Below are positions 27,301 through 38,751 of a DNA stretch of 64,000 nucleotides, in pieces (position 1 is the stretch's first letter; each line of letters opens with the position of its first letter). The stretch is taken from assembly GCA_040767195.1 (NCBI GenBank), contig JAXGPA010000001.1, positions 896,001 through 960,000 of the forward strand. The letters are read 5' to 3'. The DNA is from Syntrophales bacterium. Lineage in GTDB: Bacteria; Desulfobacterota; Syntrophia; Syntrophales; UBA6807. A program made the translations under genes and the position numbers. The notes beneath the pieces were generated by a model. That model had not been told where the DNA came from. It saw nothing but the letters and a program-made list of their open reading frames with translations, and made no database searches.

Positions 27301-28767
27301 ATGGGCGCCCGATTTTCAGTCATCATCGTCGCGGGACTTCTCGCCTCTCAACTCATTGGAACCCTGCAGGTTTTTATCTCGAACCGCGCCATTGTCCGCT
27401 CCATGTCGGCCCTTCATGACCGGGGGCTCCTCACGGTCCCAAACCAAACCCTTTTCGCGGGTCTCCAGGAACCGGGACCCGCTTTTTTCGGCGGGTTGTT
27501 CTTCACCTTCACCATCGGGGCCGCCCTCACCGTCTCGACCCTCGCTCTCACACAGGCCGTCCGCCCGGTCAGGGGAATCTCCCGGCATTTTCTCTGCGGG
27601 GGCTTTTTTCTTCTGTTGACATTCTGTCTTTTCGGGGTCAATAAAAACGGCTTCAATCCCGTCGGTTCGGCCTATTTCATCGTTTTACCCGTGTTGACGG
27701 CAGTTCTGGCGAGGCTTCTTCTCACCACGGAAGACCCGCCACGGTCTCCCTGGAATATTCTCGCCCCGGCGGCTTTTTTTCTATTTACGCTTCCTTTTCT
27801 CGCGTCGGCGGCGGGGCCGGATTTTTTCCACCAGGTCCGTGACCGGTGGCTGCTCGCCCACCCCTGGGGCAGGGCAATCAACGACGCCTATTACCGCTGC
27901 ACCCTTCACGCGGCCGAATCGGTCAAGTCATTCGATCAGAAGCTCATACGGACATACCGTTTCGATGGGAACCGGGAGGGAAAGGACGCTTTTCTTCTGC
28001 GAAGGACCTTGAACGGAAAAGACGTCTTTTCCCTGTCCGCTTCGGAGGTGGATCTCGTCGTCCATGCCGAGGGCGATGTCCTTTACCTCGGCGTCCCGGG
28101 AAAACGGGTCCTCGCAACAGACATTGCGGCGTTCCTGGCGGGCGGCCCGGCCTGGCTCGAGCGGTTTTCCGACCGAGCGGACCGGTGGAAATTCTTTCGA
28201 CGGGCCACTTTTTTCGCCATGGTCCTTCTTTACCCGGCGATCCTGTTCTTTCTTGTCTACGCCATCGTTTGCCCCATGCTGCCGGCCCGTTTGGGACCTC
28301 GGCAGCGTCCTCTCATCGCCTCCGGGATTTCCTTTGTCCTTATCACCGGCGGGGCCTTCCTTCTGACCCCCGGGCGCGAAGCCCCGGTCCCCCTCGAGGA
28401 GATTCCCGCCATGCTTAAATCGGAAAGGACTGAAAGGCAGGCCCGGGCACTCCGGACCCTTTGCGGTCACGGCAGCGATGTCAGTTCCTTTCCCACGCTG
28501 AAGGAAAGCCCTTCCCCCGCCGTCCGGTACTGGTTTGCCCGGTGCCTCGAGAAAAGTCCTTCGGCAGAGGCGACGGGCCTGCTCCTGGGTCTCATGGAAG
28601 ACAGCCAGGTCACGGTGGCCACGACGGCCATGGAGGTCCTGGCAAGGCGGAAGGACCGGGCCGCGATCCCGGCCATTCTCGATAAACTCGCGGGATCCCG
28701 CCACTGGTACGTTCAGTGGTACGCCTACCGCGCGTTGAGGAGGCTTGGATGGTGTCAGTCCGGATAA
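27301..28767 (+). CDS. Multi-pass membrane protein with C-terminal HEAT repeats
   Basis: Several TM segments; SPAVRYW, DSQVTVATTAMEVL, HWYVQWYAYRAL. Confidence 0.65.
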   Translation: MGARFSVIIVAGLLASQLIGTLQVFISNRAIVRSMSALHDRGLLTVPNQTLFAGLQEPGPAFFGGLFFTFTIGAALTVSTLALTQAVRPVRGISRHFLCGGFFLLLTFCLFGVNKNGFNPVGSAYFIVLPVLTAVLARLLLTTEDPPRSPWNILAPAAFFLFTLPFLASAAGPDFFHQVRDRWLLAHPWGRAINDAYYRCTLHAAESVKSFDQKLIRTYRFDGNREGKDAFLLRRTLNGKDVFSLSASEVDLVVHAEGDVLYLGVPGKRVLATDIAAFLAGGPAWLERFSDRADRWKFFRRATFFAMVLLYPAILFFLVYAIVCPMLPARLGPRQRPLIASGISFVLITGGAFLLTPGREAPVPLEEIPAMLKSERTERQARALRTLCGHGSDVSSFPTLKESPSPAVRYWFARCLEKSPSAEATGLLLGLMEDSQVTVATTAMEVLARRKDRAAIPAILDKLAGSRHWYVQWYAYRALRRLGWCQSG

Positions 28768-29402
28768 CGGGAAAAACGGTGCTTCTCGCCCTGGCCGCCG
28801 TCGTGGTCCTGGAATCGTCGGGGGCTCTTCTTCTTCGCGCCCTGAAGACGCCGCCCCTTCCCACGGTGGGGATCTTTCGCCTCCTGGAAGCGATTGCCTT
28901 TCTTTACCTTCTGAGAAGCCAGGGGGGTCTGGCTGCTACCGTGGGCATCAGCGGGCAGTCTCTTCTTCGCGACGCGGGACGGGGCCTCCTGTGGTCCGCC
29001 GGATTCGGGCTTGTCGTTTTGGCCATCTCTTCTCTCGTTTTCCTTGCCAGAGGACGCCTCGTCGATCTTCTGCCCTTCGCCCACCCCTCGCCGCTTTCTC
29101 TTCTGCCTGTTCTCCTGGCCGTCGGGGCATTCATCAGCCCCGTGGCGGAAGAGCTTTTCTTCCGCGGGATCCTCTTCGGATACCTCCGCCGCTGGGGCTT
29201 CCTCCCGGCTCTTGTCCTTTCCACCGCTCTTTTCGCCTTCATCCACCCGCCTGGGCAGGGATTTCCCGTTACCCAGGTCATCGGGGGCGTTCTTTTTGCC
29301 ACAGCTTATGAGGTGGAAAAATCCCTGGTGGTGCCCATGGTCATTCACGGACTGGGCAATGGCGCCATTTTTTTGCTTTCCTACTATCCCGAACTCTTTT
29401 GA
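28749..29402 (+). CDS. CPBP-family intramembrane glutamic endopeptidase (CAAX protease/Abi)
   Basis: PVAEELFFRG, FAFIH, HGLGN. Confidence 0.88.
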   Translation: MVSVRITGKTVLLALAAVVVLESSGALLLRALKTPPLPTVGIFRLLEAIAFLYLLRSQGGLAATVGISGQSLLRDAGRGLLWSAGFGLVVLAISSLVFLARGRLVDLLPFAHPSPLSLLPVLLAVGAFISPVAEELFFRGILFGYLRRWGFLPALVLSTALFAFIHPPGQGFPVTQVIGGVLFATAYEVEKSLVVPMVIHGLGNGAIFLLSYYPELF

Positions 29403-29511
29403 GCCAGGGGCGCCGCGGGACGACATCCTGTAAAAGCAGCCGGAGGGACCGCCGGATGACTTGGAGAGACGATCCCACGCCGGGATTCTCGTCCAAACAG
29501 GGTCGTTTTTT

Positions 29512-31185
29512 TCAGGACTCCCGGCGGGCTTGAGGGGACAGGAGCCTTCGAGCGAGGCGATGGGCGGCCCGTTCCTTCGGACCATCAAGAAACCGGCGGT
29601 TTTCACGCACCGCCTGTCCCGCCTCTTCGAGAAAATAGGCCAGGCATTCCCTTTCTTCCAACGTCTCTTCGCCCCGGGCCTTTTCCCCGGACATTCGGGC
29701 CAGCATGGCCAGGATCCCGAAAAGGTGGAGGCTCAAAGAGGTCACCCGGCGAAGGAAATACTCCTTTTCCCCTACCTTCCTCCCGTATAAGGCCAGGCCG
29801 AAGAGAAGCCGGCGGCGGATCATGCCGGCAAGACAGCGGGCCCTCCGGACCGCCCGCCGGGGGACACCCGCGGGGACCGCCATGTCCCAGGGACGGGGAT
29901 GAAGGGATTTCAGCCACGCCCCGAGAAAAAACCGCCACCGCTTCATCCCCTTCAGGGCCTGAAACTCTTTTCCGAGCCGTCCGAGGGCATAAAGGGCGGG
30001 ATAGATGGAGTGGATTTCCGTCGTCCCCTCGAAGATGGTGGTCACCCGGAAATCCCGCATGCGCTTTTCGTAGGGCTGGGTGGCGATGAACCCCGACCCC
30101 CCGGCGACCTGGAGGGCGTCGTAGACGGCATCCCACGCCCGGGTTGTCCCGTAGAGCTTGCAGTGGGAGGTTTCGATGACCGGATCGGCCCTTCGCTCCC
30201 CTTCCAGGAGGGGAACGGCCAGATCCGTCATGGCCTCCATGACCGATTCATGGATCCGGCACCGGATGATCTTCTCCTGGACCAGCTCAAAATTACCGAT
30301 GGGAACGCCGAACTGGACCCGTGAGGCGGCCCGGGCGGTCATGTCCTTCACCGATTGCCCGGTGACGCCCCGTGAGGCGGCGATGAGGCCGAGCCGGCCG
30401 TAGTTCAGAACGTTCATGGCGATGGCGAATCCCTCTCCCGGTTCTCCAATCCGGTTTTCCACGGGAACCCGGACATTCTCGAACCTGATCATGGCGGTGG
30501 AGCTGGTCTTGAGGCCCATCTTGGGCATGTCTTTCCCGATCCGGACGCCCTCCCAGGCCGTTTCCACGATGAAGGCCCCCAGGGACCCCGGCCGGGCCGG
30601 GTCCAACTGGGCGAAGACGGTGAGGCCGCCGGCGTAGTTGGCGTTGGTGATGTAGGTCTTGACACCGTTCAGGACATAATGGGTGCCGTCCGCCGAGAGT
30701 TCCGCCTTCGTTTCGATATGACGGGCATCGGACCCGACATTCGGTTCCGTCAAGGCATAGGAAAAAATCATCTCCCCCCGGGCCGCCGGCGGGAGGTACT
30801 TCCGCTTCTGCTCCTCCGTCCCGTAGAGATCGACGGCCTTCACGCCGATGAAAAGATGGGCGAGAAAAACGAGGGCCGCCGACATGTCGGCGGCGGAGAC
30901 CGCCTCCACGACCCGCAGGAGATCCCGAAGCCCGATACCCGCCCCGCCATGAGATTCGGGTATGGACATGCCGAAAAGTCCCGCCTCGCCCATGGCCCGG
31001 AGCATCTCCGGGGGGATGCGGCCCGTCTCTTCCAAGGCCTGGGGCGGCCAGGTCTTCAGGAGATCTTCGAACCGGTCCAGGAATACCCGGACCTTCCCGT
31101 CTTTCACCGGCCGGTCTTGACGGAGAAGCACCCTTTCGTCGAGGACACCCCGGTACAGTTTTTCCATGAACCCGTCGTTTTCCAT
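29512..31185 (-). CDS. Acyl-CoA dehydrogenase (VLCAD-like)
   Basis: YALTEPNVGSDA, LNGVKTYITN, KMGLKTSST, R.QFG.PI, RDFRVTTIFEGTTEI. Confidence 0.92.
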   Translation of the reverse strand: MENDGFMEKLYRGVLDERVLLRQDRPVKDGKVRVFLDRFEDLLKTWPPQALEETGRIPPEMLRAMGEAGLFGMSIPESHGGAGIGLRDLLRVVEAVSAADMSAALVFLAHLFIGVKAVDLYGTEEQKRKYLPPAARGEMIFSYALTEPNVGSDARHIETKAELSADGTHYVLNGVKTYITNANYAGGLTVFAQLDPARPGSLGAFIVETAWEGVRIGKDMPKMGLKTSSTAMIRFENVRVPVENRIGEPGEGFAIAMNVLNYGRLGLIAASRGVTGQSVKDMTARAASRVQFGVPIGNFELVQEKIIRCRIHESVMEAMTDLAVPLLEGERRADPVIETSHCKLYGTTRAWDAVYDALQVAGGSGFIATQPYEKRMRDFRVTTIFEGTTEIHSIYPALYALGRLGKEFQALKGMKRWRFFLGAWLKSLHPRPWDMAVPAGVPRRAVRRARCLAGMIRRRLLFGLALYGRKVGEKEYFLRRVTSLSLHLFGILAMLARMSGEKARGEETLEERECLAYFLEEAGQAVRENRRFLDGPKERAAHRLARRLLSPQARRES

Positions 31186-31223
31186 TACCCGACTCCTTTT
31201 TTTTCAGACCGTTTCGCCGGCGT

Positions 31224-31835
31224 TCACTCGGCCAGTTTCGGGAGAGCCTTTATCTTTCCGGGGAAAAGACGGTAATACCAGCCCGGCCGGTTTTCACCGT
31301 AGAAAGCCGCCACCCGGTCCCACAAGCCTTCCGGCGGGGTCACCGCCTGAAGGGACAGCGCCATGATCCGTTCATCGCCAAGACAGGCTTCCAGAATCCA
31401 CCCGTCCGATTCCGCCCCATCGTAAGAGTCCGTGACGGACATGCCGTTGGCCATGAACGTGTCGGCCACGGTTTCGGCCACCGACCGGTTCGGCGACGAG
31501 GGGGAAGCGATGTTGGCGAGGATACGGCCGATGGCGGCCTGGGCAAAGACGGGGGGCGTGAAGGCGCACTGCAGTCCTCGGATCATGTGCCGGAAACCGG
31601 ACCGGTCCAGGTTGGGCACGCGGGACTCGTAATAAAGATAGAGCCGCCCCGCAACGGCCCAGTAAAGACTTTTCCGGCCCTGGTAGACGATGGGGAGCCC
31701 GCGTTCTTCCGCCCGGTCGGTGAGATTTTGAAAGAGAGGCGCCAGTTCCTCTTCCCCCCGCCGGATGAGCTCGCCGGCCAGAAGGTACCAGAAGGGGGCG
31801 TCCTGAACATGGGGAAAGGGATTACGTTCACTCAT
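31224..31835 (-). CDS. Hypothetical protein
   Basis: ATG at 31835 (MSERNPFPH) overlapping the upstream gene end; operon-like packing. Confidence 0.6.
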   Translation of the reverse strand: MSERNPFPHVQDAPFWYLLAGELIRRGEEELAPLFQNLTDRAEERGLPIVYQGRKSLYWAVAGRLYLYYESRVPNLDRSGFRHMIRGLQCAFTPPVFAQAAIGRILANIASPSSPNRSVAETVADTFMANGMSVTDSYDGAESDGWILEACLGDERIMALSLQAVTPPEGLWDRVAAFYGENRPGWYYRLFPGKIKALPKLAE

Positions 31836-32115
31836 TTTTTTTAAAAAGATCCTCCATTTTTTTCCGGGCCGCGCCTCCGGTGGTCGCCCCCGTCGTCGAA
31901 TCTTCCCGGTAGACGAAATAATCGCAGAAATTGCTCCGCTCCTTGTCCAGAACCCGCTCCGCCTGGGGCTCCCGGCACTGGTTGTAGGCCCCGGGGTCGT
32001 AAAACCGGCAGTTGAGACAGACATGGAGGTCCCACCCGCAGAAGGGACAGGTTTCCCGGCGGGTGACTTTCCGGTCCAGGGTCAACGTTTTTCCACAATG
32101 GAAACATTTCTTCAT
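31828..32115 (-). CDS. Small Cys-rich (zinc-finger-like) conserved protein
   Basis: CxxC, CPFC, CLNCRFYD, C, NFCDYF. Confidence 0.75.
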   Translation of the reverse strand: MKKCFHCGKTLTLDRKVTRRETCPFCGWDLHVCLNCRFYDPGAYNQCREPQAERVLDKERSNFCDYFVYREDSTTGATTGGAARKKMEDLFKKNE

Positions 32116-32125
32116 TCCCAAGTCC

Positions 32126-33100
32126 TCACACGGCCCCGGCGATGAGATAGCCGATGGCGAGACCCATGCACGACAGGCGGTGCACCGTGATGACCGCCCG
32201 GTTTACCGGGACCATCTCCCGGGGGCTTTCATACACCCTTTTCGAGAGTTTCCAGGACTGCCACGCCAGGGGAACACCCGCCAGTCCTAAAAGGGCCCCC
32301 GGTGAGGCCGCCCCGAACAGGGCCGCCAGAACGATGACCCCGAAAGCCCCCAGATACCCGGCACCGTAAAGAGAGACCGCCCGCTTCGCTCCCAGGCGGA
32401 CCACGAGGGTGTTTTTACCGGCCTTGCGGTCCATTTCGAGATCGGGAATTTCATTGGCCACGATCATGGACCACATGAGCAGGCCCGGTGCCAGGGAGAT
32501 GAGGAAGGGTTCCAGGGCAATGGACCTGGTCTGGACATAAAAGGCCCCGAGAACGATGACGGGACCGAAATTGATCAGATGCCCCAATTCTCCCAGGCCG
32601 CGGTAGCCGTATCGTACGGGCGGGGCCGAATAGAAAATCGAGGAAAACATGCCGATGCCGGCAAAAACAAGCACACCCGCTCCGACCGCAAAGGCCAGGT
32701 AGAGGGCGATGCCCGCCGTGCACACGAAAAAAGCGGCCGCCACCGCAAAAACGGCCCGATGACCCAGTTCGCCGCCGGTCAGGACACCGCTTCCCCCGCT
32801 GTACGGGTTTACGCTTTGCGCCGCCACGGGATCGACGGCACGACTGTGATCGAACACGTCGTCGATCATGTTGATCCCCAGATGGTTCAGGGAAACACCC
32901 AAAAGAACAAGAAAAAAGTGCCCGGCGTGAAAGACCCCCGCGTTCTGCCAGGCCATCACACCGCCCAGGAGCGCGGGAAGAACGCTCGTGGGGACGAAAT
33001 GAAGGCGCATCACCCGGATCCAGGGTGAAGACCCGTGACGACGCATCCGGTCGCCCCCGTCACCGGAGGACATCCCGCGGGATGGCACGGCTTTCCTCAC
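32126..33100 (-). CDS. UbiA/MenA-family prenyltransferase
   Basis: NMIDDVFD, YSGGSGVL, YSAPPVRYGYRGLGE, NEIPDLEMDRKAGKNTL; start may be 33046. Confidence 0.85.
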   Translation of the reverse strand: MRKAVPSRGMSSGDGGDRMRRHGSSPWIRVMRLHFVPTSVLPALLGGVMAWQNAGVFHAGHFFLVLLGVSLNHLGINMIDDVFDHSRAVDPVAAQSVNPYSGGSGVLTGGELGHRAVFAVAAAFFVCTAGIALYLAFAVGAGVLVFAGIGMFSSIFYSAPPVRYGYRGLGELGHLINFGPVIVLGAFYVQTRSIALEPFLISLAPGLLMWSMIVANEIPDLEMDRKAGKNTLVVRLGAKRAVSLYGAGYLGAFGVIVLAALFGAASPGALLGLAGVPLAWQSWKLSKRVYESPREMVPVNRAVITVHRLSCMGLAIGYLIAGAV

Positions 33101-33618
33101 AGGGCCTTGAGAAGCGTCGACCAGCGATTCACGTGGCCTTCCTCGTCATGGAGATTCTTTTCCACGACGGCCCGGCTCCCGTCGTCCCAGGGAATGTCCC
33201 GGAGAAGCTCCCCGTAGTGTTTCACCGCCAGGGTCTCCACCCAGACGGCCGTCTTCAGCATGGCCTTCCTTCCCAGGAGCCGGGAAAAAAACCCGAAAAA
33301 GAAGCCGACGATCCAGTACATCCATCGGAACTTGTCCGGCTTCCAGCCGTACTCGTAAAGCTTTTCCTGAAAATCCTGGTAGTGGGTCATCTCGTTGGCC
33401 ATGGCCGCGATGAGCTGCCGGTTCATTTCCGAGCGCTCCGCCGTAATCTGGAACTTGTAGATGTTCTGCGCCATGAGTTCCAGTGTGTGCAGCGTCCTGA
33501 GACCCTTTTTGATTTTCCGGAGATCCTCCGGCGACGCGCCCGATCCAAGGAACTGAAAATCAGCCGCTACCCGTTCCGTCCGGATGATTTCTCTGCTTCC
33601 CTCACCGCTTTGTGTCAT
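33097..33618 (-). CDS. Coq7/demethoxyubiquinone hydroxylase-like ferritin-fold diiron protein
   Basis: LE..A..IY, ExxH (EMTH), VE..A..HY, DEEGH. Confidence 0.7.
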   Translation of the reverse strand: MTQSGEGSREIIRTERVAADFQFLGSGASPEDLRKIKKGLRTLHTLELMAQNIYKFQITAERSEMNRQLIAAMANEMTHYQDFQEKLYEYGWKPDKFRWMYWIVGFFFGFFSRLLGRKAMLKTAVWVETLAVKHYGELLRDIPWDDGSRAVVEKNLHDEEGHVNRWSTLLKAL

Positions 33619-33650
33619 CTCTCGCTCCTTTCCCAATCAGGCCGGCCGTG

Positions 33651-34985
33651 TCAGAACTGCCGCATGAGGGCATGGCAGGCGATGTGGACGGGGTCCCAGG
33701 CCCCGCCGAAAGGCGGGGAATAGGCGAGATCCATATAGGCGATTTCGTCGATCTTAAGACCCGACCACAGGGCCGCGGAGAGAAAATTGATCCGGCTCAC
33801 CGTCCCCCTCGATCCGACGGCCTGGGCGCCTAAAAACCTTCCCGTGGAGCGGTCGGCGATGAGTTTCAGATGAATCCTTTCTCCCCGGCTCATGGAACGG
33901 GCCGTGGGCGTTCCGGTCACTTTTTCGACAACCGGCGTGAATCCGCTCTGTTTCGCCTCCCCTTCGTCGAGACCCGTTGCGGCCACTTGGAGATCGAAAA
34001 CCTTGAAGGACTGGGCGCCGACGACCCCGGGAAAGAGGAGGGGCGTTCCCCCGATATTGGATCCGGCCACCCGGCCCTGCTTGTTGGCGATGTCCCCCAG
34101 GGGCAGGGACGTCCAGGACTGGCTGACCCGGTGAAAGACTTCGGCGCAGTCGCCGACGGCGTACACCCCTTCCCGGGAGGTTTCCTGGGAAAAGTTGACC
34201 CGCAGGGCTCTCGTTTCCCCGACGGCGAGACCGATGGTCTCCGCCAGGCGGGTCTCGGGCCTCACGCCCGTGGCCACGAGGAGGAGGTCCGTGTCGATTT
34301 CCCCCCGGTCGGTGACAACCCGAAGAGGCGACGAAACTCCTTTTTCGACGGCTTTCGGAGACGTTTCCGGGTGGCAGTGAACGCCGTGCTTCACGAGTTC
34401 TTCCTTGACCAAGGTGGCGTAGTCGGGGTCCCAGCGTCTCACGGGGAGTTTCGCCCGCTGAATGAGGGACGCTTCAACGCCGGCGGTCCGGAAGGCTTCC
34501 GCCATTTCCATGGCGATAAAACCGGCCCCGATGACGGCCGCTTTTTTCACTTTTCCGCTTCCGATGGCCTCCTTGATGGAAAGGGCATCGGGAAGCGTTT
34601 TCAAAACATGCACCCCGGGTAGGTCCAGCCCCGGAACGGGGGGCATCGTCACCGATGCGCCGGTGGCAAAAACGAGAATGTCATAGGGGATTCTTTCGCC
34701 CGTCCGAAGGCGAACTTCCCCTTTATTCTCGTCGACTTCTTCCGCCTCCGTGTTCAGGCGGACCCGAATCCCCGACTTTTCAAAGGCTTCCGGCGTCCTG
34801 GCAATCAGTTTCTTTTCGCTTGCGATTACATCACCGATGTAATAGGGCATCGGTCAGGTGGCATAGGATACATACGGCCCTTTTTCGAGAATGGTGACAT
34901 CGAGAGAGGGGTCCCGCCTTTTCGCCTCCGCCGCCGTGGAGGGGCCTCCGGCCCCGCCGCCGATGATGACAAGCCTTTTTCCCAT
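33651..34985 (-). CDS. CoA-disulfide reductase/NADH oxidase-family flavoprotein, predicted selenoprotein (Sec44)
   Basis: ATG 34985 gives MGKRLVIIGGGAGG...VSYAT-TGA-PMPYY, in frame with the 399-aa ORF; the TGA (34854-56) occupies the catalytic Cys position; C-terminal DLAYSPPF. Confidence 0.88.
34825..34843 (-). promoter_or_regulatory. SECIS-like hairpin
   Basis: AUUACAUC-GGU-GAUGUAAU; loop starts 18 nt after the UGA. Confidence 0.7.
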
Positions 34986-35004
34986 AATGTTCCTCCTCTA
35001 GCGA

Positions 35005-35865
35005 TCATCCCCCGGCTCGGGATGTACTTTTCTTCCCACTCCATTTCACAACCATGATCCCTGCGCCGGCAAAAATCATGACAAGGCAAAGAACCTGGCC
35101 GGCCGTGAACAAGCCGAAAAGAAAGCCCATCTGGATGTCCGGTTCCCTGAAAAACTCGATGAAAAACCGGACGGTTCCGTAACCCACCAGGTAGAGGGCC
35201 ACAAAAAAACCCTGGAAGACGTTTTTTCGACGGAAGCCCCACAGAACCGCAAAAAGGAAAAGTCCCTCGAAAAAGCCCTCGTAGAGCTGCGAGGGATGAC
35301 GAAGCTGCCCCGAGGGATCGGAAGGGAAGTACATGCCCCAAGGCACCGTGGTGATCCGTCCGTAAAGCTCCCCGTTAATGAAATTTCCGATGCGCCCGAA
35401 AGTATACCCCAGGGGGATGGCGGGGCACAGGAGATCGCCGAAGGCCCAGAAGCCGATCCCTCGCCGGCGGCAGAAGAAAAGGGACGCCGCCAGGACGCCG
35501 AGAAGCCCCCCATGATAGGACATGCCGCTGATGCCGGTGTATCGTATCGTTCCCGAAGACCATTCGAAGGGTAAAACGATTTCCAGGGGGTGTTGAAGAA
35601 AATAGGACGGCTGATAGAAGATGGCGTAACCGATTCGGGCCCCGATGAGAAGCCCGAGAATGGCCCAGACAAAGTAGTCCTGGATCAGTTCAACGGAAAA
35701 GGGCAGGCGTTCCGACCGGACCCGGTAACGAACGAGGGCATACGTGGTGAGAAAGGCCAGGAGGTACATGAGGCCGTAATACCGCAGCTGAAACGCCCCG
35801 AACTGGACAATGACGGGATCGATATGGGCCGGGAGATGCTGCCAGAAACGGATGAGCGATTCCAC
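35005..35865 (-). CDS. lgt: Prolipoprotein diacylglyceryl transferase
   Basis: RYYGLMY, GARIGY, GMSYHGG, GRIGNFINGELYGR, HPSQLYE, RFFIEFFREPD. Confidence 0.95.
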   Translation of the reverse strand: MESLIRFWQHLPAHIDPVIVQFGAFQLRYYGLMYLLAFLTTYALVRYRVRSERLPFSVELIQDYFVWAILGLLIGARIGYAIFYQPSYFLQHPLEIVLPFEWSSGTIRYTGISGMSYHGGLLGVLAASLFFCRRRGIGFWAFGDLLCPAIPLGYTFGRIGNFINGELYGRITTVPWGMYFPSDPSGQLRHPSQLYEGFFEGLFLFAVLWGFRRKNVFQGFFVALYLVGYGTVRFFIEFFREPDIQMGFLFGLFTAGQVLCLVMIFAGAGIMVVKWSGKKSTSRAGG

Positions 35866-35893
35866 GCCTCGGGCCTTTCTTTCCTGGAGGTTT

Positions 35894-35912
35894 CGCCGGC
35901 CGCCGGCCGGCG
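35894..35912 (-). promoter_or_regulatory. SECIS-like hairpin downstream of the fmdB-like UGA
   Basis: CGCCGGCC-GGC-GGCCGGCG; loop starts 21 nt after the UGA. Confidence 0.55.
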
Positions 35913-35919
35913 CTTCCGG

Positions 35920-36126
35920 TTATCCTCAGGTGGAACAGGAGGTGGCGGCGCAGGAGGTGCAGGACGATCCTCCCGAAGAAGTCTGCACACGAGGGGCTGA
36001 CATCTGCTTTTCCGCCTTTTTCTTCCCGCAGCCGGGACAGACCACATCCTCATCCCGGTCCTTCAGGGATCTCAGGGTTTCGAACCGGGTTTTGCAATGC
36101 TTGCAGCGATATTCGTAAATGGGCAC
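35920..36126 (-). CDS. FmdB-family zinc-ribbon protein, probable C-terminal selenocysteine (CSTUG)
   Basis: MPIYEYRCKHC...CPGCG; ends CTSC..CST-TGA-GGA-TAA. Confidence 0.8.
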
Positions 36127-36215
36127 GTCGGGACTCCTTCAATGATCATTTTCAAGGTTCAACAGGTTCGATGAACTCGTGAAAGCCTGAAAAAGTTCTT
36201 ATTGCGGCGGCTTCT

Positions 36216-37184
36216 TCAATCATAGGCCCGGCCCTTGAGGCGGTCTACATACAATTCCGACCCGTGAGCCGCCGTCGCCCCGTCGCCGCAGGCGGTGACG
36301 ACCTGGCGAAAAGCCTTCCGGACACAGTCGCCGCAGGCGAAAAGGCCTTCCGCCGACGTTTTCATGGCTTCGTCCACGATAATATAGCCATTCCCGTCGC
36401 ACTTGACAACCTCCCGCACGAAATCCGTATTGGGCACAAGGCCGATGAAAATAAAGACGCCGTCCACGGGAATAACGGTCTTGCGATCGGGATCGTTGAC
36501 ATCCCGGAGACGAAGGGATGACACGGCTTCCTCCCCGATGATCTCCTCCACCACGGAATTCCAGGCGAAACGGATTTTTTCGTTGGCCAGGGAACGCTCC
36601 TGGAGAATTTCCGCCGCCCGGAGACGATCCCTCCGGTGGATGAGAGTCACCTCCCGGGCAAAGCGGGTGAGAAAGAGGGCTTCCTGAACGGCGGCGTCCC
36701 CGCCGCCCACGACGGCCACGGCCCGGTTCCGGAAAAAGGGCCCGTCGCAGGTGGCGCAGTAGGACACCCCGCGTCCGGTGAATGTTTTTTCGCCGGGGAC
36801 GCCCAGGTTCCGCCACACCGCACCGGTGGCCACGATAACCGACCAGGCCTCCCAGGTTTCCGACTCCCCGGTGACGGCCCATCGGGGCGGGCCTCCTCCC
36901 CGGGCCGGTGTGACCGAGAGGACCTGCTCGCTTTTGATCTCCACACCGAAGGACACGGCTTGTCCTTTCATCCGGTCGATAAGCTCGAAGCCGCCGATGT
37001 CCGGGATTCCCGGATAGTTTTCGATGATGTCGGTGACGGTGATCTGGCTCACCGTGGAACTGCCCTCCAGAAGAAGCGTCTTCATTCGGGACCGGCCGCA
37101 GTAAAGGCCCGCCGTCAAACCACCGGGACCGCCGCCTATGATGATCACGTCGTATATGTCCCCCGATTCAACGCTCTTTGTCAT
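36216..37184 (-). CDS. trxB: Thioredoxin-disulfide reductase
   Basis: GGGPGG, IENYPG, GVSYCATCDG, GGGDAA, HRRDRLRA. Confidence 0.95.
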   Translation of the reverse strand: MTKSVESGDIYDVIIIGGGPGGLTAGLYCGRSRMKTLLLEGSSTVSQITVTDIIENYPGIPDIGGFELIDRMKGQAVSFGVEIKSEQVLSVTPARGGGPPRWAVTGESETWEAWSVIVATGAVWRNLGVPGEKTFTGRGVSYCATCDGPFFRNRAVAVVGGGDAAVQEALFLTRFAREVTLIHRRDRLRAAEILQERSLANEKIRFAWNSVVEEIIGEEAVSSLRLRDVNDPDRKTVIPVDGVFIFIGLVPNTDFVREVVKCDGNGYIIVDEAMKTSAEGLFACGDCVRKAFRQVVTACGDGATAAHGSELYVDRLKGRAYD

Positions 37185-37308
37185 TTCAACCCCTCCTTCC
37201 CGCTTATCCTCATCCATCCCGCCATCCCCTGACGAACCGGTATATTTTTAAAAGTTCATTTTCGACGGCATCGTCAAAGGCTCCAGAGGCCAGGCGCCCC
37301 AATCCCCC

Positions 37309-38743
<1,435 letters not shown>

Positions 38744-38751
<8 letters not shown>

